From the NCBI GenBank assembly GCA_963821525.1, contig CAWGED010000004.1, forward strand, positions 367,908 to 431,907: a DNA stretch of 64,000 nt, given 5' to 3'. The DNA comes from an uncultured Gemmatimonadales bacterium. GTDB taxonomy: Bacteria > Gemmatimonadota > Gemmatimonadetes > Gemmatimonadales > GWC2-71-9. The position numbers and the translations under genes were made by a program. The notes under the pieces were generated by a model. It had not been told where the DNA came from and did no database searches. It worked only from the letters and a program-made list of their open reading frames with translations. Positions 10,301 through 21,485 of this stretch are shown here, piece after piece. The first letter of the stretch is position 1. The number at the start of each line of letters is the position of its first letter.

Positions 10301-10943
10301 CCAACTGCAGGGAAAGCGCGGAGCCGGAGAAATTCGGGCCGATGATGCGGATCGGCGCGGTGCGTTCGGCACGGAGCGGCAGTTTTCCGGGGCCTAGCAG
10401 CAAGCGGCGCTCTTCCAGCGCGGCACTCAGCGCTTCCTTGTAGATCCCGCGGGTGGGCAGTTCCTGAATCACGTAGAGCAAGTGCAGCCGGTGGTCACCC
10501 GGTTTGCTGCTCCGGAACAGCACGACCCCGGGCCTGACCTCGCGCAGAGCGACTCGCCCGTGACCGGCTCGCCGCACGCTGTCGCGTTGGCCCGGGAGCC
10601 AGAAGCGGTCGGTCACATAGCCGGCGGTCTCGAAGGCGCGGCGGATGGTTTCCATCGCCCCGTCGAAGGACCAGTCGAGATGGGAGTCGTAGGGATCCGG
10701 GACGCAGGCGATCAGAACGTCGAGCGAGAAGCTGTCGCTGACGGCGGGGACTGCACCGAAGAAGCCGGCGAGCAGATCCTCCCCGCGTTCGAAGGGCGCG
10801 TCGGCCGGTCCGGTTTCTTTCGAGATCTGAGCAACGCTGGCGGAATCGGCCGATCCGGGGCGGGGCGCGCTGGGGCGGGTGATCGACACCACCGCGACCG
10901 CGGCGGCCGCAACGAAGCCGAGACCCAGCGCGCGGTTGTCCAT
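7314..10943 (-). CDS. 1209-aa hypothetical membrane protein: N-terminal anchor, large soluble alpha/beta region, many C-terminal TM helices
   Basis: Intact long ORF; hydrophobic segments concentrated after about residue 560. Confidence 0.8.
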   Translation of the reverse strand: MDNRALGLGFVAAAAVAVVSITRPSAPRPGSADSASVAQISKETGPADAPFERGEDLLAGFFGAVPAVSDSFSLDVLIACVPDPYDSHLDWSFDGAMETIRRAFETAGYVTDRFWLPGQRDSVRRAGHGRVALREVRPGVVLFRSSKPGDHRLHLLYVIQELPTRGIYKEALSAALEERRLLLGPGKLPLRAERTAPIRIIGPNFSGSALSLQLGLKSWLARHPEDSVEMLSGTATDRENITTLDLPALRMHFKATINADDQLSASMKVTMKRLGLSDSQVALLRESSTQYGQGLIADSSDFLIVPFPMSISSLRTEYQRVPSAEIEAPALPGAGDAPRLPLDLVDPTRPKEDFPVTSRLSPLALDLMLDDLARTLNRHRIRMVGLLATDVRDKLFLGEELRKRMPDVQFFTYESNVLYLRSDKNLALRGMLVFATYPLILDNQWFTADADQKQRFAFSSDGVQGTYNATLMQLGYEKAVLDYRPTRKYPEDKDPQPGDSVPRDSLLQTRLRPPVWLSTVGNKTFLPIRIDTVSDTSYLAAPCKVPAQCPAVPKKYPSLNLPFLPLAAIMLAGFALFVLGLGNIRLDLQRRSHARTGTSWEYDLRPIADQLAEGSLRLHDRFYGLLRVVAFFCILLATCAPVLRLVFRTNSDVSLKVLGALITIAGVAGVTALLSGIVSVLTLAVQLGRQGLKYFWSGPWRIPSEPWAWRVDVLARIATAVFGVVYLSLSIGFVTDVINLSKPDPGRWWLFFRRAVEIDSMVSPVLPLVLGGLGLAVWCTWHLRRIALLQQRTIFESVCETELSSPRKPRTTFRTALRDDLRRSAVDIRTIRLRLFRVAPSNWAVGLIVAFLCLSFWVGPQFGRSLEALMSDSPDGVPMFDKLFRLTVFAMLIATSWGAFRLAVVWLGLRKCLEGFARMPIVTAFDRLPPRLARLTQLSLPGPASGTAIGAVADLQWLHLQGIHQAKKEEFATELGPERAELTEVVADLMKEPAAQELALTSRGRRALVERLGTLHDVLRELWRLEPMKADVNALIEGLNKEFEKPVPRGGEEASTALLIRRGFAGPVRLWVRAAEEYAGTRMVEYVEWVTRHLRELALFMLLSLLLATLLLSSYPYPPQSLLRLILLVVLGGTVGSLIFVLIQMNRDEVLSRIDRTEPGKVTWNLRFVMNLLTFGALPLLTLLSSEFPELRKFLFAWAEPILKMLAKQ

Positions 10944-10991
10944 CGCTCTTAATGCCCCGGGACGAATGTCGAGGTCATGGTCGGCTTTGCA

Positions 10992-12528
10992 TCAGAGGCC
11001 GGTGAAGGCATGGGCCAGCGCATACAGCTTGTCCAAGTCGAGACTGAACCCGAAATTCCCGCGCACTTCATCCTCATCAATCAGGTCGGTTCGACTGGCG
11101 TAGGTAACCGAGAGCGGCAACGTCACACCGCGTCGTCACCGGAATCGAGACCTTCACCTGCGCGATGTGGATCGCATCATTCGCTTCCTCGAGGCGACTC
11201 AGCTGGTAGGCCGCCGAGATCAGTATCGGCTCCACCACATCCAGCTTCTTCGAGCGGCCAAAGGGGTTCTTCACCGATCCAGCCAGCTCGACCGTTCCCC
11301 CGTAGTCGCGCACCGACTCCTGATTAAAAGCCGGATCCGGATGGTCGTACCAGGAGATGAACCCGTTGACCACGGCGTCGAAGGGAGCGAGGTGGGCATC
11401 GAAGAGCAGCTTGGCGTCGGATACACCAACCCCTGGACCTTGGTGTGATGGGTAAACGCGACGGTGAGCAACGGCGACCGGTTGAGCTCTCGTGAATGCC
11501 GCCCAGATCCTGCTGCGCGCTGAACAGGTCCTGGTGAGCCTTGACCAGTCCACTCATCGCCACGGTGATCCCGCGGAAGGTCTCTTCGCTCAGCGCGATC
11601 CGACTCTCCGAGATCGGGTCGAAGACCGTCGACTTGAGGGCTGAAAGGGTCATGGTAGTGATGGTCTCGATCCGTTGCTCGCGAGGGACGCCATCACTGC
11701 TTTCGAGATATCCCGCGATCTGCCCTTTCAGCGTTTCCGAGGAAGCATCCGCGGCATCTCGCAGCTCCGGTGAGCCATTGAGCGCCTTGCTGATGCCTCC
11801 ACTCAGCGCATTGAGTCGCGCCTGGATCTTGGGCTGCACGACCTCGCTCCAGCGCTGGGTGAATTTCTTGGTCCGAGTGCTGCGGTCGCCGATGACCCGC
11901 ACCCGGATCGACCATTCAGCCACCTGATTGATGTCGACATTCGCGATCGTGGGGTCTTCGGACCGCATGTCGAAGGTCACCGACCCGCCGATCCGTCTCC
12001 ACAGCCCGTACTGCTCGAAATTCGCGGCATTGTCCGGCTCGAGCAGACGTACAAAGGCGTAGGGAGAGGTCGAGAGGGTCAGCCCCGTCCCGCTCACCGA
12101 CTGCTCGATCGCCCCGTGCTCCAGCGCAAGGGCGAGGAGTTCGGAGAATCCGGGCTTCTCGGCGAGAGAGGTGCTACCGGGCCCGCTGCTCGTGGCGCCG
12201 AGCTGCTTGTCCGTGCGGCCCAACTCCGCGAGGTAGCGGTAGGCCTGAAGTCCGCGAACCTCATGCGGGTCGTCGCCGGGGAGGGCGTCCGCTACGGTGT
12301 AGAACACCAGGCGGTTCCATACCTGATCCGGGGCCAGCTCGGCCGCTTCACCGGCCTGAGTCCCTCCCTCGAATTCCGAAAGAATGTCGGCCGCTCTCCC
12401 CGCGAGGCCGCGTCCCGCAGCACCTCGGGTGGGTTTTCGTATTCCTGGGCCCGCAGCGCACCACAAGGAAGGCCGAGCCACGCCACGGGAAGGAGCGGCG
12501 TCCGGCATGACAGCCTTGGGATCACCAT
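10992..12528 (-). CDS. Secreted hypothetical protein (several frameshifts)
   Basis: Signal-like N-terminus ending ALRAQ; stitched through ORFs 11324-12601, 11271-11471 and 11077-11553 to GVTLPLSVTYASRTDLIDEDEVRGNFGFSLDLD. Confidence 0.55.
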
Positions 12529-12539
12529 GACGGAACTCC

Positions 12540-12883
12540 TCAGCTGACGGTGAAGCGGAACTCGGGATCCCAGATCTGATTCGTCTTTCGGACCACGACA
12601 TCCTTGAACACGCCGCCCTTGGAACCCCGCAGCTCGACGTCGAAGTGCGCGGTGTTGGGATCTTCGTCGAGGAAGCTGCATTCGAGGATGACGAAGTGGC
12701 TGTTGCCGGGGACCTGATTCACTTCGAACTCGAAGGTGGGCGTATCGGGCCCGTCGCCGGGTTCTCGAGTGCCTCACCGTTGTCTGCCGCCGTCACTCGA
12801 GCTCCGGTCTCGATCGGCGTGACCTTGATCGTTACCGTCTCGCCTTCACTGACGTCATAGCGGAACTTGGTCCTGCGTTTCAT
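12540..12883 (-). CDS. Small beta-rich hypothetical protein (frameshift)
   Basis: MKRRTKFRYDVSEGETVTIKVTP with GGAGAG RBS, continuing into ORF 12540-12722. Confidence 0.5.
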
Positions 12884-12896
12884 GGCGCTCTCCCCG

Positions 12897-13590
12897 TTAG
12901 ACCAGCCGTTCCCACACCGCCTCGATACCGTCGGCGGACAACGCGCGGCATTCGGCCAGGCTCAGTCCTCCGGTGTACTGGAAGTGCGGGATGTCCTTGA
13001 AGCCCTTCCAATCGCCGCCCCATTCCAGCCCCACTGATCGCCCCGCCTCTGCGGCCCGCTTCCAGCCGGGATGAGAGGTGTTCCAATCGGTCTTGCCCAT
13101 GGAGTCCAGCACGATGATGTCGAAGGCGAGGCCGAAATTGTGGTAGCTCTGGCCTCCTCTCGCCTTGGTCACGATGTGCGAAGCGCCGATGGGCGGGACC
13201 GTTCTGCCCCTGGTGAAGAGCGCATCCTGCTCCTCCCAGGTGCGGACACCCTGGGTCACCCAGAATGGCGAGGCCCGCCAGGCTGCAGAGGTCGAGCATA
13301 GCCCGGGCACGACTGGCCACCACGGGATGCAGTCCGCTCAGCCGTTGATCACTCAGTGCCGCGGGACGAGTGGACGTCCTTGCCGGGGAATCGCGTGGAA
13401 TGGCGCGGGGAGTAAGGCCGGTCTCGGCGACCAGCAGGTCCGGGACGATCAACGCCTGGCCGATCGTGAGCCGGTCGGGATCGGGGATGTTGTTTGCCGC
13501 CACGATCAGCGGGAATCGCGCCGAGTCGCCGTAGAATTGCCTCGCAATTTTGCCGAGAGTGTCGCCCTTCTTCACGCGATAGGTGTTCAT
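12897..13590 (-). CDS. LysM + M15 family (L-Ala-D-Glu type) peptidoglycan peptidase; frameshift near 13265
   Basis: YRVKKGDTLGKIARQFYG (LysM); RTWEEQDAL, SYHNFGLAFD, LEWGGDW, DIPHFQ (M15). Confidence 0.88.
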
Positions 13591-13622
13591 AGGTCCGGAT
13601 CGAGTGGTGGACGCGAAGCCGG

Positions 13623-14506
13623 CTACGAGTCCCTGATCACGGCACTGGCCGCCTGCTGGGCCTGCGCCTGCATCCGGTTCTTGAGTCCGAAGAGCGTCTC
13701 CAGCAGGTCGTGCCAGAAAGGAGCGCCGAGGCTCACCAGCAGCACCGACGCGACGATTCCGATCCACCACCGGTAGTCCCGCAAGCGCCAGTTCGCTGGA
13801 GAGCCAAGGAAGGCGCCGGACCCGATCGTGGAGCGGGCCACGTTCAGCACCGCGAGGTTCAAGCTGTCGCTGCGATGTCCGAGAGCCTGTTCAGGGAATC
13901 GCTACCGGCGCACCTTGAAGGAGTCCGCGACCGCTTGCGCCTGCTTCCTCGAGACCTTGAGTGACGCTGGTAGCCGAATCCACCCGCGCCCGGAACTCGG
14001 GGTCCATCCTCGCCTGCTGGAGGATGGTCAAGGCATCGGCATTGAGGCCCAGCACCACGATGGCGCTGGTCAGGACTCCCCATCCCCGCATGCGGCGGCG
14101 GTAGCGCTCTTCCACCGGCGCCATCGAGAGATCGAACCATTCGATGGCGCGGTCCGAGAGCTGCTTCAACTTGGAAGCGACAGTGGGATCGTTGGTCGCG
14201 GTCTGAATGAGTGACCGGAGCTTCTCGGGGGTTATCCAGTCGAGCCGGACCTTGTCCTTCCGCACCCCATCCTGCGCCAGGCCGCGGAGCCGCTCGACGA
14301 TCTGCTCGAAGATCTTGTCGGTCTCCGCCTTGGAGAGACCCGTCGCCTTCCCGGATTCGCGGATACAGGCCCGCGATGGCATCTATCCGCGCCTTGCCCT
14401 TCAGGGCGAACATCACCTTCAGGATTTCCTGCAGGCTCTGCGCGGCGAGCGCCAGCACCAGCGCGGTGCCCACCAGGGAGAGCAGGACTTGCAACAGACT
14501 CGACAT
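13623..14506 (-). CDS. Hypothetical membrane protein (frameshifts)
   Basis: N-terminal TM; WFD..M...Y.RRM..; LNADAL; C-terminal SLGAPFWHDLL. Confidence 0.6.
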
Positions 14507-14529
14507 GCGACCTCCGCTCTGCTGAACCG

Positions 14530-15033
14530 CTATTCAACCACGAGTCCGGGAACAAACCGGCTGAGCAGCTTCAGTCCGATGGACATGACGAAGGGGAGAC
14601 AGCCGTCCACCAGCGACCAGCCGAGGATGTAGCCGAGGTTTCCGGGGATGATGTGGAGGAAGTTGGGACCGTCCCAGGTCCCGAACAGGAGCTGCTCGAT
14701 GTATTTCACGACCAGGCTGAGCGTGGTGAACGTGATGAACACCACGAGAGGAGAACGGCCCCGGGTCGCGAAGTAGAGCCAGGGGAACCCCAGGCCAATC
14801 CAGAAGAAGCTGTGGAGGAAGTTGTTGATCCACGGCAGGAAGGTCATCGCGCCGATCTTGAACAGCAGGAAATTCGTGATGAACGCGATGCTGAATCCCG
14901 CACCGCAGAGCAGCAGGAAGGTCTTGCGCTCGTCCTTGGTCAGCGTGCGGCCGCTGATGCTGATCACGACAAACAGCGCGGCGTAGAAGAGCAGGATCAG
15001 GGCGATGCGACCGGGTGTGAATGGAGGCGTCAT
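14530..15033 (-). CDS. Hypothetical multi-TM membrane protein
   Basis: 167 aa, about 5 hydrophobic segments. Confidence 0.75.
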   Translation of the reverse strand: MTPPFTPGRIALILLFYAALFVVISISGRTLTKDERKTFLLLCGAGFSIAFITNFLLFKIGAMTFLPWINNFLHSFFWIGLGFPWLYFATRGRSPLVVFITFTTLSLVVKYIEQLLFGTWDGPNFLHIIPGNLGYILGWSLVDGCLPFVMSIGLKLLSRFVPGLVVE

Positions 15034-15057
15034 GTCGGCTTCCTCTCGCTTGGGCGG

Positions 15058-16433
15058 TCAGACGTAGGTCTTGCGCCGGATTCCGTTCCAGAGGTCCAGG
15101 GTGGGGCCACGATCGGCCCGCGCGGTCTTGTCCTCTTCGGTCTTGTAGAAGAAGGCCATCGTCATCTGGGAGGCCGTCGAGAAGCCGTCGCGCGAGGCGG
15201 TACGCTGGATGAGCGGCAGGAGGGTGCCGGTGTTGATGTACATCCGCACCCTTCCATCGAGTGCCGCACCGAAGGCGATGTGGCGGGCCTTGTGGGTGTG
15301 ACCGTACAGCACGTACTGGATCGGGCCGGGCGGGTTGGCCGTCCAGAATCTCCAGATTTCCTCCTCCTCTGCGCCCTCCGCGCACTCGTCCTTGTCCGGT
15401 GTGACCTTGTCCACCAGTCCCTGCAGCTTGCTGAGCGAGTTGACTCGCCCGCGAAATTCATCGAAGGAATTGCCCAGCACGTGATTCTTGAGCAGGGCCA
15501 GCCGGTCAGTGAGATCGCCCTGGAGAAGAAGGTCGGTCACCAGACGGTCCCACTTTTTGGCGAGCGAGGACTGCAGCACCCCATCGAGCGATTGCTTCAT
15601 CGCCTGGTGCAGTGCCTGCTTGTAGCCGGGGAGCTGATCGCGGGCGAACCACTCGAGCCAGGGGAACACGTCGAGAGTGGGCCGGATGTTGTTGATGTCC
15701 TTGAACGCCTCGATGAACTGGGGGAAATCGGGGACGTTGCCCGGCTGCGCCGCCCGGGCGAAGTGCACCAGGCCCGACATCAGCTCCGCGGTCACCACCT
15801 CTCCGATCGCCATGATCTGGTAGTCCCGGGCGTCGAAGCGGCCGAGCTGGGGCGTGCTGTCCGGCCGGAGCACCTTGTTGTAGAAGGTGAAACCGTGGCA
15901 GTTCTCGTCCCACTCGTGGCCGTGCCGGGCGAGTACGCCGTACTCGTCTGCCTTGAACAGGTTGGCGAACTCGATACCCGGCAGAACGGCGCGCACCTGT
16001 TGTTGCAGGGCGGGGAAGTTGTTGAAGACCCGGTCGTGGGTTTCCCGACGACGAGGGTGAGTTTGGCCGGCAGGTTGGTGAGGGCCGAGAGTCCGTTCAG
16101 CATCGCGATCAGCGCCTTCGCCTCGGGAGTGGCGAGCACGCCGGCCAGCACCGTGGCGAATTGGGTCTGAATGAGCGCGGTGTTGCGGTTCATGCCGGTC
16201 TCGGGATCGAGATCGCCACCCCAGGGACGCTGGTCCGGTGTCGTGGTCCGATGCCAGAAATCGGTGCGAACGAGATCGAAGATGTCTCCCAGCAGCACCA
16301 CATGAAGCTCGACCGCGTCCTTGGCCTGCGCCGCCGTCGCGATCTCCCTGCACATCAGGTCGAACGCCGTGGCGTGGACGTTGTGGGCGGTGGAAAGGTC
16401 CGTGAGATGGATATCGCTGATGACGACCAGCAT
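15058..16433 (-). CDS. Calcineurin-like metallophosphoesterase (frameshift near 16042)
   Basis: ISDIH, LGDIFD, GNHD (across the indel), HGH, YGHTH, YINTG. Confidence 0.85.
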
Positions 16434-16477
16434 GGGTCGCTTCCTCCGATGGAAAACGCCGCCAACACGGCAGCGGG

Positions 16478-19358
16478 TTATTCGATCCGGGTCGCCGCGT
16501 AGCGGGCGAGAGACATCACCGTCATCTGCGGGTTGACCTGCACGCTGCCGGGGAAGACGCTGGCGTCGCAAACGTACAGGTTGTCGTAGCCGTGAACCCT
16601 GAAGGATTCATCCACGACTCCGTGATGCGGATCGCGATTGATGGCGTTGCCACCCTGGGGATGCGAGCTCGCTAGGGTGATGAACTCCGGGTCTTTGGTC
16701 AGAGTGCGAATGCGCGCGATGTCCGCCGGACTCGTGATGTTTCCGTGGTCCCAGGTGTTGAGCAGGACCCGTCGCGTGCGGCCTCGAACAGAACGGTGGC
16801 AAGCGCCTCCAGCCCTTGCCCCAGGCGGTCCATGTCCGACGAAGGCGGGGTGAAGCGGAAGGCCGAATCGCCGTTCAGGGGAGACAGGAACGCTCGTCCC
16901 TTGGCACTGGTGCCTACCACGAGGCCATAGGCCACCGAGCAAGCTGGAGCGCTGCATGTTGCGGTAGTGCTCGTCGTAACCAACCCGCCATCGCCGTCGC
17001 GAGGCCCACCGGCGGACTGAACCAGGTCTCGATGATGAAGGCTCGTCGGCGTGCTTGACATAGTGCCCCATCTGGATTCCGGCATAGGAGTTCTGCGGTG
17101 GCTCCGGAAACTCGGCGAAGACCGGGGTGAGCATGTTGAAGGAGAGACCCTTGCCGACCGGGCGGCCGAGTGAGATGCCGCTCCGGAGCAACAGCGCGCT
17201 CGAGGCGATCGTGCCGGCGGAGATGATGAACCGGTCCGCGTGGATCCGGATCTGGCGGCCGTCGGTTCCACGGGCGGGCAATTCCCAGGCGCGCATCCGC
17301 TTCCGGCTCATGCTGCGGATGCGTTCCGCGTCGCATTCGGCGAGGATGGTGACGCGGCCGGGGAAACGCGCCTGCGCCAGCGGGAGCGTGTGGTCCAGCA
17401 TGGAAAGCTTCTTGTCCCAGGCGCAACCGATGTTGCATTGCCGCAACCGTAGCAGCCATCGGGTCCGACCCTGATGTTCGCGTCGAATGGCTCCGGATCG
17501 CGAGCCCTACCTGATTCCCGATGCGAGCGAGCGCCGGCTCGATCACCTTCGCGGCCGGATGATGCCCGCCAGGCCGGATGTCGCCCGGCGAGCGTACCTC
17601 CATGAACTGGCGGACCGACTCGGTGGCCTGCTCGAGCTGGGCCTGGTCGAGTCCCGCGCCATCGCGGTTCCAGCGCTCGATCTTGTCGGCGGGAGGAGCG
17701 AAACAGATCGCGTTGTTGATCGTGGTCGACCCGCCGACGCAATTCCCCTGCAGCACGTCGAAGCGGAAATCCTCCGAGATCTGCAGCATTCCGCGCTGAT
17801 AGAGCGAGCCGATCTGCCGCAGCTCGTCCTCGACAAAGAGCGAGGGGTGCACGTGCTCGCCCCGCTCGACCAGCAGCACCTCGTAGCCCCGCTCCGCCAT
17901 GGTGTAGGCCGCGATGGCTCCGCCGGCCCCCGAGCCGATGACGCAGACCTCCGTTTCGCGGATCTCCTCCTTACGGTCCCAGGGTCGTTCCACCGCAAGC
18001 GGGCGGTGCTGGGGAGGCGGCAAGGAAAGTCCGGACTCCCGCGCCCGCACCGTGAACGGTTTGAAGTGAATCGCCGAGTGGACCTTCGGGTCGTTGTAGA
18101 AGCCGAGCACCCAGAGCTGGTGCCCGACCCGGAAGAGGATCCTGGACCATGGTTCGGATCAGGCGCCATTTCTGGCGCCGCCCGGCATCCCGGGTGAAGC
18201 GCTCGCGGATGAAACGGGATCGGAGCGCGGGCCGCAGCTCCGGCAAGGGCGGGTGGAGCGAGAACAGGGGCCAGAGGTGAATTACCGCCAGCGCGATGCG
18301 GAAGCTGCCCTTTCGTTCGGCGCGAACCCGGGCCAGCGCCTGGTCCCCATTGCGGGCGGCCGCTTCGGGCGGGATTGCCTCGTTGTGCCCGGCGATCATC
18401 ACCTCGGTGAGCGCCGTGAGCGTGCGGAATTCGAGCGGGCGGAAGAATTCCAACTGGAGCGGCGATGTCCAGGCGGCGTAGTAGAGAGCGAAGAGCAGAA
18501 CCCCGATGACGCCGTCGAGGACCATGGCCCCGATCAGGATCTGCCGCATCGGCATTGCGTTGCCGGCGACGGCGAAAACCTCATTAAGCTGCGCGGCCGG
18601 CACCAGCAGCAGGTAGATCGCCTGCGCCACGACGGAGACGAAGTGCACCGCGATGATCGGCCCCACCAGCGCCATGCGCGGCCTCAGGGCCTGCGCCACG
18701 TAACCGCAGAGCATCGCCAGCGTCGAGACTTTCACGACCGAGTTGGTGACGAACGGCAGCTCGCGAACCAGGTCGGGCGCGAATCCGAGGAGGGGTGCCA
18801 CTTCGTAGCCGATCGCCCGACGATGAAGACCACCGTGAGGAGAACGAGGAGGCGGCGCAGCCACTGCTCGGCCGGAGTGAGCCAGCTGGAAGGCTCGGTC
18901 CGCCAGGCTACGCTCGACAAGGCGCGATTGGCGGGCAGGTAAAGCAGCAGCAGGAAGATCATGATCACGCCATCGAGTGCGATGGCGCCCCACAGTACCC
19001 GGCTCACCGGCTGCGGCCCGCCCATTCCCGGGTCCACGATCCGGCCGGTGTCTCCCACGAACAGAATGATCAGCATCGCCACGAGGGAGACGGCGTGCGC
19101 GATGATCAGAATCAGCACCAGCCCCTTCCGCCGGATGAGATCGCCGGCCGCGTAGAGGCATACGCCCAGCAGCAGGCTCACCTTCACTATTGAATTGGAA
19201 ACGAAGGGAAGGGTCTGGAAGAACCCGGACGTGCGAGACCAGAGGGCCCGACCTGGTACAGCAACGCGACCAAAACGAAGACCCCGGCCAGTATCCGGAT
19301 ACCGTTCGAGGCGGGTCACGGATCGGGAAGCGGGACTGAGTGTCATGATATGCCCCAT
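16478..19358 (-). CDS. GMC oxidoreductase with N-terminal multi-TM extension (multiple frameshifts)
   Basis: VIGSGAGG, GNCVGGSTTIN, CYGCG.CNIGC, SAGTIAS, SHPQGG, LYVCDASVFP..VQVNPQMTVM; TM segments at 18400-19250. Confidence 0.8.
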
Positions 19359-19426
19359 GATGCAACTGGCGGGACCGGGGACGGATTCGCACGATGAGGT
19401 GCGCCATCCTGTGCCAGGAGGTCCCC

Positions 19427-21485
19427 ATGGCGATGCTTCCCATCGAACGCCGTTTCCTCACCGCATTCGCCGAAGCGTGCTCGGCCTCGAGCATCACGAG
19501 CTGGGTCAGGCGGCCAAGGCCGTCGATCGGCTCGACAAATTCCTCGATCACTCCTCGTTCGGCCTGCGATTCACTTTCCACCTGGCGCTGCTGGTAATGC
19601 CGGGCGGACTGCTGACCAAACTGAGATTCGCGGGACGGCCGCTCGCCCGGCGGCGCACCTACTCCACGGGCTCTTTCTGGAAAACATCGGCAGGGCACCG
19701 GGCTGGATCGTGGATGCGCAGGGAGTCCTGGCCACGGTCAAATCGATGGTGAGCGGCAGCTTCTGCGAGCGGCCGGAGTCCGGGAGCGCATCGGTTATCG
19801 TGCGCGCCGGGCGCCTTTCCGGTTTTCGACGGCGCAACGCGGTGCCCCCGTCCGGCCCGGAGGTCGAACCGACTGAACCCACCGCGCCGGGGAAGCTGGT
19901 GAAGCAGCGTGCCGGGTCCCTCGCCAGCCTGCCGGAGCGGTTCCCCGGCGAGGAGACCATTCTCATCATCGGGGCGGGCGGCGCCGGTCTCGCGGCGGCC
20001 CACGCACTCGTGGCGCGACCGGAAGGTCGAGCGGCGCGAATCATCCTGCTGGAGTCCGAGCGCTCCACACCAATGAGGCATTCCCTCGTACCACGCTCGA
20101 TGGGTTCAGCCAGCTCTATGTCAATTCGGGGGTGACGCCGGGGAAGTCGCAGCGCATCGGCTTCATTCAGGGCCACTGCGTGGGCGGCGGCACTACGGTA
20201 AACAACGCGGGCAGCCCGCAGCCCAAGGGACCCTGGGCCGACATCATGCACTGGCGCTGGGGCTCGGAAGGCGCCGACCTCGATTGGAGCGGGCTGGATA
20301 GCGCCTTCGATGACCTCGAGATTCGCTGCACATCCGTGTCGTTGATCAGCGGATTCTGACCACCGGGACGAAGCGAGCGTTCAGTGGATTCGGTGAAGTG
20401 CCCGGCAGCATGTACGCGGGACTGCTGCAGGCCAACCTGAAGACCGCGTCTCCTGCGGGCAGTGCAATCAGGATGTCCTTACGATGCGCATCGCGCGCCG
20501 TTCATCACGCTGCTCCCGGAGACGCTTCGGCAGAGCGATCGGGTGATGCTGATTCCCAACGCCACCGCAACCCGGTTGCTCTGGGAGGGACAAGGCGGCG
20601 GGCGCCGGGTCGCCGGAGTCGAGGTGGAGGGAAGCGACGACAAGCGCATTCTGCGCCCCGACAAGGTCCTGCTCACCGCCGGCGCTTTCGCTTCCAGCGC
20701 GCTCCTCCTCAAGAGCGGCTTCACCTCGGCCGATGGCCGCCGACGCCCGGTAGGCCAGCGCTTCAGCTGCAACTACGCGAGCCCGGTCATCGGGCGCTTC
20801 ACCGAGCCGATGAACGCGGGACGTGGAATCCAGATCGGTTACATCATCGAGATCCCGCCCCAGCGAATGATCATCGAGACCGCGTTCGCCCCGCCTACGG
20901 TGCTGGGCATGATGTTGCCGCAGTGGGGCAGCGGGTTCCGGGAAAAGGCGCTCCAGTACAACTACTACGGCGTGTCGTTCCCCACCCTCTCGAGCGATGG
21001 GTACGGATCGATCGACTACGCGCCCCTCACTCCCTGGAGCAGTCCCCAGATCCGCTTCGATCTGGGCCCCTCGGACATGGCACGGCTCGAATGGGGGCTG
21101 GTGCAATGTGCCGAGGCGATGCGGCAGGCCGGAGCGGTTGAGTTGTTCGACAGCCGGTACGACGGCCACTCGGTCGCCTTGAGCGGCGATGTCCGGAAGA
21201 CCGGGAACGAATCACGGCCTACTATCGGGGATTCAGTCCGGCCACCTACGTCAAGGTGCAAAGCGCCCACCTGCAGGGCGGCAACGTGATCCACCGGGAC
21301 CCGACCCGCGGGGTGGTGGACAGCAACCTCAAGGTCCATGGCGTCGACAACCTCTGGATTCTGGATCCAGCGTCTTTCCGGCAGCCATCACGCTGAACAT
21401 CCAGTACACCACGATGGCGCTGGCTCGTTACGCGGCGCTACGTCTTCCACTCGGCGAGCGGGTCATGACATCCCACGCCGCTTGA
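19427..21485 (+). CDS. Second GMC oxidoreductase, divergent (multiple frameshifts)
   Basis: AGGAGG RBS; IIGAGGAG, GHCVGGGTTVN, SGCPYDA, TAGAFASS, SAHLQGG, SSVFPAAITLNIQYTTMALA. Confidence 0.8.
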
